64,000 nucleotides of DNA, taken from Owenia fusiformis (lineage: Eukaryota). Both the position numbers and the translations under genes were made by a program. The stretch is taken from contig CAIIXF020000001.1 in NCBI GenBank assembly GCA_903813345.2, forward strand, positions 6,076,001 through 6,140,000, read 5' to 3'. Positions 13,901-28,290 of the stretch are shown here, piece by piece (positions within the stretch are counted from its first letter, which is position 1; each line of letters opens with the position of its first letter). The notes under the pieces are model-generated. The model ran no database searches, had not been told where the DNA came from, and saw nothing but the letters and a program-made list of their open reading frames with translations.

Positions 13901-16900
13901 AAAATCTGTAAAGCAAACTACATGTGTAAACAATTAGCAGGTATGAGATAAGAATACATATATTAAGTTAGGTGATTAGTGAAACTTCTGTTAATATTGG
14001 CTTCAACTTTAAGTCTTACTATCTCTGTAGAAATCTCCCTATCTGCTCCCACAACCATCTTATCACATTATCAGTGCCTCACACTGTATGGTGGGGGGTA
14101 TTTGAGAGTACTTTTACCTTATACCTTTTTTACCTTATACAGACTGCAGAGAGGTTCTTTGTGGAGGCTGACTACACTAAGGAGGCAATAGAGATGTACA
14201 ATGCTGCAGGCAAATGGGAGGATGCACACAGACTGGCTGCTACATGTATGAAACAGGAAGATGTGGCTGCTCTATATATCCAACAGGCACAGGAATTAGA
14301 GACACAGGGACGATACAAGGAGGCTGAGAGGTAGGGGTTCACATGGAATCTACTACTATATATCAACTTTATAAGTCTATTTAATAAGAAATTCCACAAC
14401 CTCTGAACACATGGGTTCAGACATCATCTTTGGGAATATGTATACACCTATTTTGTTGATAAAAAGGAAGGAACAGAGTGGATCCAGGGGAGTGGATTTT
14501 GTCTACATCCTGCCATTTGGAAGATGAAATATCTGAATTATTTTAAATATATTCTTAAATATACTCATTCCCTATACTCATTTCCCAAATCATTGTTTTG
14601 GTATTACAGATTACCTGGATTTCATGCTCAGGCACAGACCATCTACCCTGTTCATTGTCTTCACATAGGCTATAATTAAGAAATATAGACCCAAGAGCAG
14701 GGGTAATATTGTTGAATACACCCTGCAGGGCTAGGCACAAACGTTTTCTGTACCCCAAACGACCAAAGGGAGTGAGGAGTTCGAAAGCTTTTGTGCCTAG
14801 CCCTAAGGCGTGTATTCGACGATATTATACCTGCTCTGAGGTCTATATTACGATTCGAACATGAAAACTCACCAAAATGTTTCGAATATTCATTATGGTC
14901 TGCTATAACTACGGCCCGCCGTTATGACGTCACACATTACACGTATTACCAGGGGTTTTGTTCGCGAATATACCCCGGGTGAAATGTTGACTTTGTTTAC
15001 AGTATGTAGAAGGCGTGAATACAGTCATGTTCGAATATCCTTCAATATATAATATATCTATATCCTATAGATATATTATACTTATAGGTTGTATGTGACA
15101 GTTGAAGAGCCTGACCTGGCTATTACAATGTACAAGAAGGTGCGCATGTACAATGACATGGTGCGCCTTGTGAAAACATACCACAAGGAACTCCTACAAG
15201 ACACTCACATGCATCTTGCTGCGGTAAACACTCTTTTATTTGAAATTTATTGAAATGTTACCATTAAAGGGTATATGAAATCATCACAAGAAAGCCACAA
15301 TTAAATTAAATTTATTATTTGCTTAAATATTGTCAGTTCGTTTTTTTTGTTCATCAAATGAAATATTAAGGATATGGTAAAAAAGTAACAAATGAATTGA
15401 TGTTACTTTGCATCGGTTTAAAGAATGTTACCAAGATTGCAATTAGTCTAAATAATGTATTTATTTAGTTTACTTTCCTAAGTTTTTGAATATTATAAAC
15501 CACTCTCCTATACAGGGAACAGTTGCATATATGTAAAAAGGTACCATATTTGGCATTGGGAAAGTCAGAGGATTTTGTCCAAGCTGATACACTCAGAGGA
15601 GTAATTACTAATCATGTTATAAATACTGCTTATAACATTTGAATAACGTCTTATTTCCTCACTGTAGGAGCTTCAAAATGAGAACAATCTCCGGCAGGCT
15701 GAACATCACTACATTGAGGCCAAGAACTGGAAGGAAGCAGTTAATATGTACAGAAACAATGACAGCTGGGATGAGTCATATAGGGTAACAGATATCTCAC
15801 CCCCTCCCTATGTACTGCTTGTAAACGTGTCACCCCCTGCTTATGTACTGCTTATAACCCCAATTCTTTTCACTCCCATGAACTGCTTCTAAAGCTCATG
15901 TTTCAACCTCCCATGATCTGTTTGTAATCCCATTCTTTTCAATCCCCATGCTTCTAAAACTCATGTGTCACCCTCCCATGATCTGTTTGTAATCCCATTC
16001 TTTTCATTCCCCATGCTTCTAACACTCATGTGTCAACCTCCCATGAACTGCTTGTAATCCCATTCTTTTCATTCCCCATGCTTCTAACACTCATGTGTCA
16101 CTCTCCGATGAACTGCTTGTAATCCCATTCTTTTCACTCCCCATGTACACCTTTCATCTCAGAATGCCTCCTTGTCCTTCTGCCTGTCTCATCTCTTCTT
16201 TCTTTTATACTTTTATACTTATAACAGGATTTCTGCAACCAGGGATGCACCTACATTGTGTATTACTACTAACCTAATCATTCTTAATGCCACTATGGTC
16301 ATGCTTGTTCCTTTCTATTACTATGTTTTGTCATATCTATAAAATATGATGAAAAGCACAGGATTACTGATAAAAATCACAGAAACAGAAAATGTTTCCC
16401 ATTATCCAAACGTGTTTCATATATCTGAAAAACAATTTATTCCATGTGCCCCAGATATTATTTTATTCGATGCTTTTCAATCTTTTCCTCTCTTATATGC
16501 AAGCATGGTCACCGTGACATTGCACCTCACAATACCCTCTAGCTCAAGCCAATGCTTCTATTGGTTAAAAACTACAGTGTATATAGCTGTTCTAGGAATA
16601 TCAAAGGGTAGGCATGTATCGCAAGGCTGAGGAAAGTCATCTATTGGCTGAACGTTTGGGTAGCTGTATAGCTATGTATCATGAAGCAGATATGTGGGAG
16701 GATGCATATAGGGTATACATTGAATATAGCACACACAGGTTGAGACATGTCAGCCTAAGAACTGACCCTCCCACGTTATATAGTGGAGGCATGTCTTCAA
16801 TGTGGAGTGATCCTTTAGCTAATCCACTATAATTATTTTAATTCTTTTATTGTTGTAAATCTTACAAAAATTGTGTTTGTGGGAATATATTCCATTGTTT

Positions 16901-19900
16901 GACCTTATGGGTTGGGGTTACACCTAATATTTGCCCACATATCATTAATTACATTGTTCATTTTATTTAAAATGTTGATTTTTTTATTTAGTCTCACATC
17001 AAATATCTGGTTTCCTCTCCATCATATATTTTTCCGACCTTGTAAGAATGAGGGAAAATACAGTAGCCTTATGCAAGACTCAGTATTCATTCTATTTCTA
17101 TATAATTAGAACAGTAATTCTTTTATAAATGCAAACAAATAAACAGAAAGGAATTTAAATAAATTAATGCATAATATGTGAAAAATTCATTACAAATTTG
17201 TAAGGGTAAAATTAATTTTATTTTTTATTCTTTTATGTGATTTTATAATGTGTATTCAGTTGATATGATATATCGGCATGGAAATGCTAAAATTCTCTTT
17301 GTTGTAGGTGGCTAAGGCCCATGGGGGACCCAATGCTGCCAAGCAGGTGGCCTACCTTTGGGCAAAGAGTCTTGGAGGGGACTCAGCTGTGAAACTTCTC
17401 ACAAAGTTTGGTCTTTTGGAGGCAGCTATAGATTATGCATCAGAGAACTGGTAAAGTATTTAAAATTGACAACATTGATTTGAAAATAAATTTGATTGCC
17501 TATTATTGCAAATTATTACAGCTTAATCCAGATGTGTTTTACAGGTCACCCTATCAAAATGATTGTGATATTTTATTATTGATGTGGTCTGTTTCAGTGC
17601 ATTTGACTTTGCATTTGAGCTGTCAAGGACTGCCATGAAGAACAAGATGCCAGACATCCATCTGAAGTATGCCATGTTTCTTGAGGATGATGGCAAATTC
17701 CCTGAGGCTGAGCAACAGTTCATCAAAGCAAATAAACCCAAGGAGGCAGTTCTCATGTAAGATATATTGAACAATATATGGTTAGGGTTGATGATGTTGT
17801 TTATTTTAGAATTCAAGTTTGTTTACATGATTATCAGAGAGAATATGCAAACAAAACACTTCGATGAAATATTCATCTGATAAGTTTTAACCCCATTTCA
17901 ATGAAATAAACCTATTGATTAAAATATTCATCTGTAGGTATGTCCATAACCAAGACTGGGACTCTGCTGGGAGGGTGGCAGAGGAGCATGATCCTGACTC
18001 TATTAAGGATGTACTAGTAGGTCAGGCCAGAGTGGCATTTGAGGCTAAGGAATATCAGAAGGCAGAGTCTTACCTACTAAGAGCTCAGAGACCTGATGCT
18101 GCTGTAAAATATTATAAGGTATGGAATATAGTACTATTGATAGGGCTTAAATTGTAATCATATTAATTTTGATTAAAAATATTTTCTTCTATTCAAGGTT
18201 CAGAAAACTTTTAATATTTCTTAATTTTGGACCCTAATCTATCATTGAATCTGCAATTGATGAAATTAATGTCTACGTTATGTAGCAAATAACATTCAAG
18301 ATACTAGGAGACTGAACACAATAGCACCCCTTAGCAAATCGCTCCCATAATCTGTATCTAGTGATTTCAATTCTGGGCTTTTGGACCAAATATCTGTTTT
18401 GTGTTGGTCAGGAAGCAGACATGTGGCAGGATGCCCTTCGTGTTTGCAAGGAATATCTTCCCCACAAACTTCAGCAGCTGCAGGATGACTATGACAGAGA
18501 GATGATGGATAAAACTACAAGGTTAGTTTATTCTACATTTTGTAGGTAATTCTGCTGTATAGATAGTAGTTGTGGTTGCCATGGTGATCACACTACTTGT
18601 TGAATGAAAAGGAGAGTATGAAAATATGAAATATGTTCATTTTGAAAGATTTCCTTGTGATATTTACGTGAAATGTTTATTGAAAAAATCACATAGTTTA
18701 ACAAGCAGAATTTGTGATTCCATAGTGCTGCAGATTATATGAAAAGAGTAAATTGTAACATTTTGTTTTCTTATAATTATAGAGGGGCTGACAGTTTGGT
18801 ACAACAAGCCAGAGAGTGGGAGTCTTCTGGAGAGTATGCCAGAGCAGTGGACTGTTATGTAAAAGTTACACCTAAACACACATCTGACAACAACCTACTG
18901 CAGAAATGTTGGGTGAAGGTAAGCGGAACTGATCCAGATTTGTGAATCTATTTGTCCAAAAGCACAGTCTATAATATAATTATCTCATAATGTGGATCTG
19001 CAAAATGTCTGCATTATAAATTCAAAAGAATTTTCACCTCATCAACTGATTGCATCAACTGTTGCCTTACCCTGCCTGTATATACATTCAGTTTCCAAAC
19101 CAAGCTCAGTTGGGTGTAATGTTATCTGATCATTCTGTTTTAGGCTGGTGAGCTATCTCTCAAGTTCCTGACTCATGACAAAGGAGAGGCTGTGGTACAG
19201 ATTGTGGGACCAAGACTTGTTGAGATAGGAAAATATACAGCTGTATGTATTTATTAACCATTGCATATAAATAAATAGTGGCATTTTGTCATATAGCACC
19301 AAGGGGATTTTAGTTACTAAAACCTTCATCCAATGTTTTAGTTAGATTTTATGTGACTAACCATCATAGAAGAATTTACTGCATTTTAGGCAGCAGAGCT
19401 TTACCTCAGAGTTGACATGATAAAAGAAGCTATTGATGCCTTTATTGATGGGGAAGAATGGAATAAAGCAAAGAAAGTTGCCAAAGAATTGGAACCAAGG
19501 TAACTTTTTAAGAAAATATGTCTGTTCTAGTGTACGTATGAAATGGCTTTATGAGTATTGGTGTACCATTATTGGATGTAGCATTTTACTGTGCTATTTA
19601 TTTAAGTTAAGGTTGATGGAGTAGAATGATGTCTAATTTATGATTTATCCTTTCATGGCCACTTATATTTTTAACTCGGTAACTTGACATTGGGCTGTTT
19701 ATGTGTCTCTGGCAGTTTATTCAGAAATAAACTTGGATTCCTTGACTTAATGTTATAGATGGCATGGCTATATATGTGTAACCTTGCATATTCATTAGGG
19801 TCTCAAGTTATTGCATTGAAAGGCCACCATGGAAATATTTCACATATAAATATAAATATTGTATATTGTATTTCAGATATGAGGCATATGTTGATGAAAA

Positions 19901-22900
19901 GCACACAAGGCATCTGAAACAACAGGGAAATGTAGATGGGGTGAGTCATGGTTGCCTAGTACACAATCAGTACTTCAGTTTATTGAAATGGTTAAATACT
20001 GTCACTATTATTGAAAATAAAGAAATATGTATAAGTTCTAGGATTGGACTCCAAATGATAGTAAAAGACCTGTATTACTGGCAATTCACACACCAAAATT
20101 AAGGTGCTGCATCAGCGCAAATGTAAATAAAAGTTTCACTATGAAAGCAAGCAGAGTTCTAGTTTGCACTGTGTGCATATATAACAAGAGAAGCCCTTGA
20201 GGAGGTTTCTTACCATTTTGGAGACATCTTTCATCTGTACTTCACCTTCACCGTTTTTACATATATTTCAGATTATTGCCAAGGATGTTGTTGCTGGGCT
20301 TGATATCTATGTGGAGAAGGGAGAATGGGAGAAATGTATTGAAATTGCTGAACAACAAAGCTCTAAAGTTCTCGACAAATATGTTGCCTTGTATTCAACA
20401 CATCTCATTAAAGAAAACAAGGTTATTAAGGCGATGGATCTGTTTGTTAAACACGGGGCTCCTGCCCATCCACAGGTATGCACTAGAAATCTGATTGATA
20501 CATCAACACTTTAGACTCCATCTATTATCCATCTGAAGAACAGCTCATAGAACAACTCATACTGTAGATATATGTAGCATTTATACACAAAATTGGCAAT
20601 CATTAGATATACAAGAAGTCTGTCTGTAACAAGTAAACAAAAAATACAAGTAATACATGAATACAAACACAAAATTATGAAGTATAAAATGAATAATATT
20701 TGTGAACATTTTCTTTCAGAACTTCAACATCTACAAGCGTATAGTCCATGACATACTAAACATGCGTAATCTTAATGTGGCAGAGTCCTATAGAACTTGG
20801 GCAGACCTCAGAGAGATGTTGTTTGACCTGGTAAGGTTCAAAACCTTAAAAACATAATTTTTGTGCATCAAACCATTTTTACCTTAATTGCTATCAATGT
20901 TTTATGAATCTGGCAATTGGTTAAGTATGCCACCTGCTTATATATTATTACATGTATACATTTTGAGATCATAAAGCCTGGTCTATGTAATCAGCTTATT
21001 TAGGATCTATTTTAACATGAATGCCGATCCTGTAATTTAATCTTAAAATGTTTTATCTAAAATACAGTTCTTGCCACTTTGCCTTCTGACCTTTCACTAG
21101 GTTTGCCTTTTACACATTGACACTCTACAGTACAATTTATGAGTGTCTCCACCTATATATTTCCAGTATGAGAATCTTGCTAAGTCTAGTGAGGCTAACA
21201 GTCCCCAATCTGAAGAGTTCGAGACCATGTTAATTATTGTGCACTACTACGCTGCCAAGTGTGCCTCCTTGTCTCATAGTAGCCTGGATACCATTGCATG
21301 TAAACTGGCAGTCTCCTTACTCAGACACACTGAGATTATCCCAGCAGATAAGGCCTTCTATGAGGCTGGTATGCTATGTAAGGTGAGAAAATGTGAATAC
21401 TCAATTTTTTATCTTATTTATATTAATTTAACTATGGACTTCACCGACAATTCATGTTTGGTCGATGCAAAAAACCTTCTCCTCTTCCTTTTGAAAATCA
21501 TGTACAACTGTAACTGTATAGAATTTTACCTATCCATTATTTGTACCAATATTTATTGCTTTAACTTTACATCATCAAAACAGCAAAACAGCTATTTAAC
21601 TGTCAGATATTACCATGTTTGGGTTTCTTTGTAACTCTGTAAGTACATTCATCTCTGCTTAAACTCACTAACCAGTGATACATGTTATTGTAGGCCACAG
21701 GTCAGGAGAATGCTGCATTTGTATTCCTGAATCGCTACCTTGATCTGGTGGAGGCTATTGAAGAGGGCTCTCTAGATATGATGGACAACAGTGATTTCCA
21801 GGAGACTGACATACCTTTTGAGATACCACTCCCAGAAAAGGCCCACCTCCCTGTAAGCTTTTCATTTCATAATAAATGTGTTTCAGTACATCTTATAATA
21901 TAAAGTGTTATGGGCAGGTTATGGCACATTTGTGAGATTGTATATGCCAAGACTAATAAGGAGTGTAATGTTACACATTTGATTTGTCTTATGGTCATTT
22001 GATTGTTGTAAAAAATGATTGTTGTTACTTGAAACTGATTTGCTTGCTTTTATAGGTTGTAATTATTTCAGTCCTAAGCAAGAGAGGGGCTCTTTTTGGG
22101 GTACCCTGTAATATTGCAGGTTTTTACCTCCCCAAATTATTATTTTCAACTTGATACTTTTTACAGATGTAAGAGCAGACTATTGCAAAGGTCTGCTTAG
22201 GTTTTGGGCATATTAGATTAATTACATGGCAGCCATTTTACTCTTCAAAATGCAATATTTGATGTCACTGTATGTCTTATTTTATTTTTAAATCATGATT
22301 TGCAGGGTTTATTTCATGACCAAGCTCATCCAAGATAAAGGCTTATTCAAATCTTACAAACCCTTTTCTTTATAGGATGATCAACATGAGGAAGTTAAGG
22401 AGTGGGTGTTGGCAGTCTCCATGGACCAGAGGGTTGAGCAGGTCCTACCCATGGATGATGAGAGGGGATGTTATGAGGCTTCCCTTATAGCACCAGACAC
22501 AGGAATCAGATCACATCCTTGTGTGTTAACAGGTAGGCTGATATGGAAAAAATCATGTGTTCAGTCCATCAATGTAGTCTACCACTTTTATTTGCAAAAA
22601 TCATGCGTTTAGTCCATCAATGTAGTCTCAGTCCATCAATGTAGTCTACCACTTTTATTTGCAAAAATCATGCGTTTAGTCCATCAATGTAGTCTCAGTC
22701 CATCAATGTAGTCCAACACATTTATTGGCAAAAATCATGGGTTCAGTCCATCAATGTAATCCACTACATTTATTGGCAAAAATCATGTGTTCAGTCCATC
22801 AATGTAATCCACTACTTTTATTGGCAAAAATCATGTGTTCAGTCCATCAATGTAGTCTACCACTTTTATTGGCAAAAATCATGTGTTCAGTCCATCAATG

Positions 22901-25825
22901 TAATCCACTACATTTATTGGCAGAAATCATGTGTTCAGTCCATCAATGTAATCCACTACATTTATTGCCAAAAATCATGTGTTCAGTCCATTAATGTAGT
23001 CTACCACTTTTATTGGCGGAAAGGAGGAGGGAAATTAGCGCAACAGATTTTGGACAGTCATGTGTTGGATTTTGGCCATTTTCTGAGGATTTAAAAAATT
23101 GCATATGTTAGGCCAATGCATTACCTCAAGGAAAAGCACTTCTAGAAAAGATAAAATAATTTCGACTTTGAGACAGGCTAGATGCAAACAACCCAACCAC
23201 ATGTTTTTTCTGAAATGTTTAACTGATTTTCAACCCCTTCCATCCCTGCTTTTTAATTTTAATTTTTCTTGCATCAATATGTTGCGTTTTGACACACAGT
23301 TAACCACTTTAAAGATTCTCGCAATCTTTATCCAATCAGCGTTTGCGATGTGTACCGGCTCACGTATAAAAGGCGAATCCAACTCAAATCCATGCAGGGG
23401 TGTATGAGGTACTCGAATAGAAAAGAGCTCGTGAAATCTGAATTTATATGCACATGGTCAATGTTTACACATGTTTGGAGTTATTGAAGAAAATGTGATA
23501 TGGGGGTGGTTCCGAATTTGAAGTCATTGCTGGAAAATATGATTTTAATACGTGAAATTATATCTATAAATACAGCACTAAAAATAACAGAACACATGAA
23601 TAATCATTTATGTTCGGTTGAGAGTAATGAATTAGAACATAAATATTTTCTATTGTGTACTTGTAAACTCGGTTACCAATCAGATTGGCGTGTAGTTTCA
23701 TGCATGTGTTTGTTTCTGAGTCAGTGAGTTGTATTGTTATTGTGGTAGATTGCTGGATATTTAGGATCATTCTGGCTTTGGTCGCCTATGCATGAACACT
23801 TCACAGAATAAAACTGTTAACAAATGCCGATAGGTGGAGGGGTAATTCCATACCTTTCCTAATTGTTAGGTTTTAATGGTGTGAAGGACCCCAAAATCAA
23901 TCGGTATTTTCATTTTTCATAAACTATGTAAGAAGATTCACACCCTTTTTGGTAAATATAAATCTGATGCAACAATCTGTGTTATATAAAAATTGTACAA
24001 CACTTTTCTCAAATAAACTTAACTGTTTTGTGCATTCCATTTATACATATATTGTACTTAGTACCGTATATGCATTCCATGTGTACTTATATTGTAGTTA
24101 TCCTTCCCATTCATTTACATACGAATAAAGCGACCGCAAGCCATTTGCTTATTCTTAAGATGATGTCATGTTATTTTGTAACGAGGTGTAAAGTATGGTA
24201 TAGAAGTACATGTATGATTGTGTCCAGAAATGTTTGAAACCCTTACGGAAAATTCGGTCTGCATTTTGTCACCATTGCTCTTTCTTCCCGCATTCTAGTG
24301 CTGATTGAATGAATATATTTATTAATGTATTTCCAACTAAAATATATCACATTTTTTTATAAACCACAAACATTTAGATCATAAAAAAATCATTCAATAC
24401 TTGAGTGAGCACGATATGCAAGGGTTACTAAGTTGACACAGTAAATGACCACTGACATTGTGTTACTCCATGCACACAGCGTATAATACACATTTGCCTT
24501 GAACACCCCTAACTTTCATAGTGAAGTGATCGTCTGACTAATTGGTTTATGTTTACGTTTTAATGTGTTTAGTGTTCCTTGTTACAGCAAGGGGGGCCAG
24601 TAAAGTAGACTAACATGTTTGCATGGCAAATTTTGATCGAATATGTGAGACACTTTAAAGGAATAAGTGATTCCTTCAGGGGTTTTAAAGATATCCATTC
24701 TGGGTGACCAAAATTGGCTGAAAGCAATGGATCGCATGAGTTTTCCCTATGGGAAATATTGTTTTCCACTTTATCTAAAAGGTATCACTTATACCTTTTA
24801 AGGGATTAAATGTTTGTCAAAATGCAACGTATTGATGCAAGAAAAATTAAAAAAGCAGGGATGGAAGGAGTTGAAAATCAGGAAAACATTTCAGAAAAAC
24901 ATGTGGGTGGGTTGTTTGCATCTACCCTGTCTCAAAGTCGAAATTGTTTTATCATCTCTATCCCTGGAGGTAATGCATTGGCCTAACATATGTACCTGTA
25001 CAAAATAGCCATCACTTTTATTCTAAAAATCATGTTTTCTGGTCCTTTTTGATCATAAGTCCAAATTATCTAACTTTCAAGTTGGCCACCATTTAAGTTG
25101 TTGTATTTATCACACTTTTGACAGTCTTACAGTTTAAAAATAAAAAATTTAAAAAAGTAGAAATCGGCTACAACAATGGCTGAAAATACTTCACCATGTT
25201 AGATAAAGAAAAAGACGTGATGTGACGCTTTAATTTGATTTATATCTGTACATTTACTATATGTACTATTAGTTTGAGTGATAATTTCTTTTTAGGCTAC
25301 CCTGTTATTCGCCAGAGGACTGAATTTAAGAAACCTGGCAGGTTGGCCAATAAGGAAGACTGGAACAAATTCATAATGGCAACTAAGGTAAGATTGTTTT
25401 CAGAACACAATCGAACAATTGGTATATTGACCTGAAATAAAGTACTTTTCCATTAGAGAAGTTTACTCAGATTAATTATCAAACTCAGGTCTCCCAAGTG
25501 AATAACGGTAATCAATTCCAAACTATCTTACCGACCTTCCAATACTTTTATATTCAAATTTCAAATTAAATATTAACATGGTATACAATTACGTAAATAC
25601 AGTAAGCAATAAACACCATAATCTATAAGGGAAAGTGTTTAAACTAGAGGGTTCATGACTTTCTAACTCTAATGAAATATCACAGGATGTTGATAAAAAA
25701 TCCTATTTTTGACAAAAGCAGTTTTTTATTTACAGGTTTCACACAGTGTAGAATGCCAAGATGTCTTGAGATTTATCCACGAGTGGTGTGGACCTGCCAC
25801 TAGTGCTGGATTCAACTTTCAGTAA
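4976..25825 (+). CDS. IFT172: Intraflagellar transport protein 172 (WD40 + TPR/clathrin-like repeats); 5'-partial, 36 coding exons
   Basis: Exons, all GT-AG: 4976-5119, 5358-5470, 5798-5903, 6265-6344, 6678-6980, 7376-7499, 7997-8092, 8903-9064, 9189-9346, 9457-9542, 9722-10002, 10152-10288, 11588-11695, 11962-12073, 12344-12487, 12788-13036, 13301-13500, 13670-13817, 14143-14330, 15088-15223, 15668-15784, 17308-17450, 17598-17756, 17938-18118, 18412-18521, 18783-18918, 19144-19242, 19390-19499, 19877-19940, 20272-20475, 20720-20830, 21167-21382, 21694-21852, 22376-22532, 25296-25387, 25736-25825. They sum to 5223 nt in one frame (1740 aa + stop). Peptides [49 protein letters not shown] and DIPFEIPLP match IFT172 as I recall it. 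The first ~13-codon exon was not found. Confidence 0.97.
10495..11551 (+). mobile_element. HINE/DINE-1-like (Helentron-associated) element
   Basis: 5' TTTTTATGTCACCACC with a nearby inverted GGGTGACAT, internal degenerate tandem units, and 3' subterminal GGTGGTGACAT followed by a short tail ending in TT. The same 5' hairpin occurs inverted at ~63846-63880. Confidence 0.55.
14676..15038 (+). mobile_element. Second copy of the 657-1003 foldback repeat, in an IFT172 intron
   Basis: Reverse-complement match to 657-1003; produces the similar spurious ORFs at 559-903 and 14791-14982. Confidence 0.8.
15797..16146. repeat. 65-bp tandem minisatellite (~5 units) in an IFT172 intron
   Basis: GTAATCCCATTCTTTT recurs at 15924, 15989, 16054 and 16119. 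Confidence 0.9.
16596..16712 (+). CDS. IFT172: Candidate alternative (mutually exclusive) IFT172 exon, paralogous to exon 15668-15784
   Basis: ttctag|...TATAGG|gtatac. 117 nt, phase 0/0, open frame [39 protein letters not shown]. Aligns without gaps to [39 protein letters not shown]. Confidence 0.75.
22546..23017. repeat. 48-bp tandem minisatellite (~9-10 units) in an IFT172 intron
   Basis: GGCAAAAATCATG recurs at 22727, 22775, 22823 and 22871, with a one-mismatch copy at 22919. Confidence 0.95.
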
Positions 25826-26207
25826 ATCATACAACATACTTTACATGACACACTCCATACGTGTAATGACATTGAATATGTTCCATCCCAGGGCATCAAT
25901 ACTTGTATCATATGTAACATGTCCTACATGGCTTGACATTGAATATGTTCCATTTGGGTTGGAAATGGTGAATTGTATAGTGTTACGTCTCTGATAGTAC
26001 AATCTCATGAAGTGTCTACATAGTTTAGCCATTCATTAAAGAGACTTGTATATAGATATGATACTTTCCGTATTTTGCTAAGCCACTGATGAATATTTTA
26101 GTTGTATGGTGTACATCCGTCCTTTGTAGTCTTGCTTAAAATTGCATTTCATTTAAGCATCATAACAAATAATCATAATTGTAGGACTAATTATAATTTC
26201 ATTTCAA

Positions 26208-26223
26208 AATAAAAGAGAATAAA
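26208..26223 (+). terminator. Candidate polyadenylation signals of IFT172
   Basis: Two AATAAA hexamers about 380 nt downstream of the stop; weak evidence in AT-rich DNA. Confidence 0.35.
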
Positions 26224-26614
26224 ATTTAGAATTTCATGTTATGAGAATGTAAGCATTCTTCTGTCTTTACTAAGTAAAAAGCATGAACCATCAACAAGAC
26301 ATATCAGTGACAAATATTGTTGATTAATAATATATCAACGATTGAAGGACAACCCACACCCACCAGAATTGCCCAAAAGTGTTATATTTATATGTATTAT
26401 AATTTATTTTATATCTGTGCAATTAACTTTATTCTATAGATACAGATAATACAATCAGTTGATGACAATATTACATGAAATATTCATTTTGCCATGGGCA
26501 AAATAGAAATGTGTCTACTTAGGACCTAAAATGTTAATGGCGAATATAAATTAAATAAAAACGTAAATAGCTGAGGATAAATTGAATCAGTGATAAATGC
26601 TTATCCCATGAATA

Positions 26615-26744
26615 CAGGGTGGTCCAAAAATATAAATTCATTAAAGATAAGTAAATTCCCTATCCATTGGTATATAATATGACATATTTTCATAAATAAA
26701 ATCAGTATTTATTTCTGAGTGTCCCATTTTTTTGGACCACCCTG
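26615..26744. mobile_element. Tc1/mariner-type MITE
   Basis: TA|CAGGGTGGTCCAAAAA ... TTTTTGGACCACCCTG|TA. Confidence 0.85.
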
Positions 26745-28290
26745 TACTAATACACAATGAAACCTGTTTATCCAGACACCTGGCTTATCCGAACATATTG
26801 CACTCCATATTAACTTTTTCTTGGCCCATTTTTTCCTGTTTCCTATCCTGCTGTTAAAAAAATGTTGAAATATGAACAGCTCGAACAGTGAACACTAATT
26901 GATATTTTGAAAAATTAACCTATCTAATCTGATTACTTATCACAAATATATTATATTTCTTACAAAACTGCTCCAATAGTTTCAATTTAACACTACTTTG
27001 TTATGAAATCAAAACATTTGAAAAAGACATCAAATGGTCTCAATCATAGTCTCTCTAGCATGACTTAATTCATTTGACACATGTGATCAACAGACATTTT
27101 TGTATTCATTGAAAATGCATTCATATTTGTTCAAAATCTAGAATCTTGTTGCAAAAACGTCGAAATCCGAACACCTCCCAATCCTAATGGTTTTAGCCGG
27201 TCGCAGATAACCCAAAGGTATTCCGATTAGACAATAGACAGGTTTTATTCTTTATTTATAAATGACATATGTCATAACTGAACAAACACAAAACTGACAT
27301 TTTTCAATTAGACAAATCAATAAGATATGATTATAAGTTATTATTCAACAATCTTGAAATTATGTACCGGTGTATATTGTACTAAGTATGTAGGCTGAGC
27401 TTATTCAATTACTTTAGACTGCAAACGCAAACCTATATCCTACGTGTGTCCACAAATACACCGTTGCTTTGTAATTAACGTCACTTAAACTATTTCAAAT
27501 ATGTGATTAAGGAGTTTATATTTCACTGGAATCTCTATAATTACACCATGTTGATTAATAATGTATCGGATCCACATTTGGATATCATTGATTTTCGAAT
27601 ACAGGATGACCAAAAAACAGAAATGCTTAGAGGTTATAATTTATAATTTATTTGATATCTTTGCAATCAACTTTAAAAATAAACAAAAAAACGTTTTTCT
27701 ATAGAAACAGATTTAGATACTTCAATCAATCGATGACAATATGACTGTGACATTACATTAAATATTCATTCTTCCGTGGCCAATCTGAAAATGTATACTT
27801 CAGAAAATTAGATTATTTTCAATTTCGTGTATCAACAAAAGCGAAATATCTAACGTAATTTACGACGTCTTATAAGTGATATTTTTTAGGGGCAAGAATT
27901 CGCTTTTTTCTTTTTTAAATCTGGCCCCCACCCTTGTTAGATTCCTGATCCGCCAGTTTTTCACATAGTGTTTTGGAGTGTTATCTACTGGCCTCTGGTA
28001 ATACCATATATTTTGAGAATTCTTTTTCAAATTATGAAGTAATGAAAGTATTTTTTCTTCATGATGTTATATGCACTGTAAAATAATATATATCTGCTCA
28101 GTTGACCATAAACTTGAACTCACATGCAGGCTAGACAAGGTGTGTCCACTTCCACCCAATCAGAACACGCTATTAAACGTAAATGCATTCCGTTAAACAC
28201 TGTAAATTGCTTTAATTTGACAGCCGTTTTAATTTGGCGGATTGATTCAAACCGTCAACTGAGGTCTCTATCAATTTTTGAAACAGCCAA

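Noticed and set aside
22725-22994. 89-aa repetitive ORF or CRISPR-like array
   Set aside because: It is a 48-bp intronic minisatellite with no unique spacers, in a eukaryotic gene.
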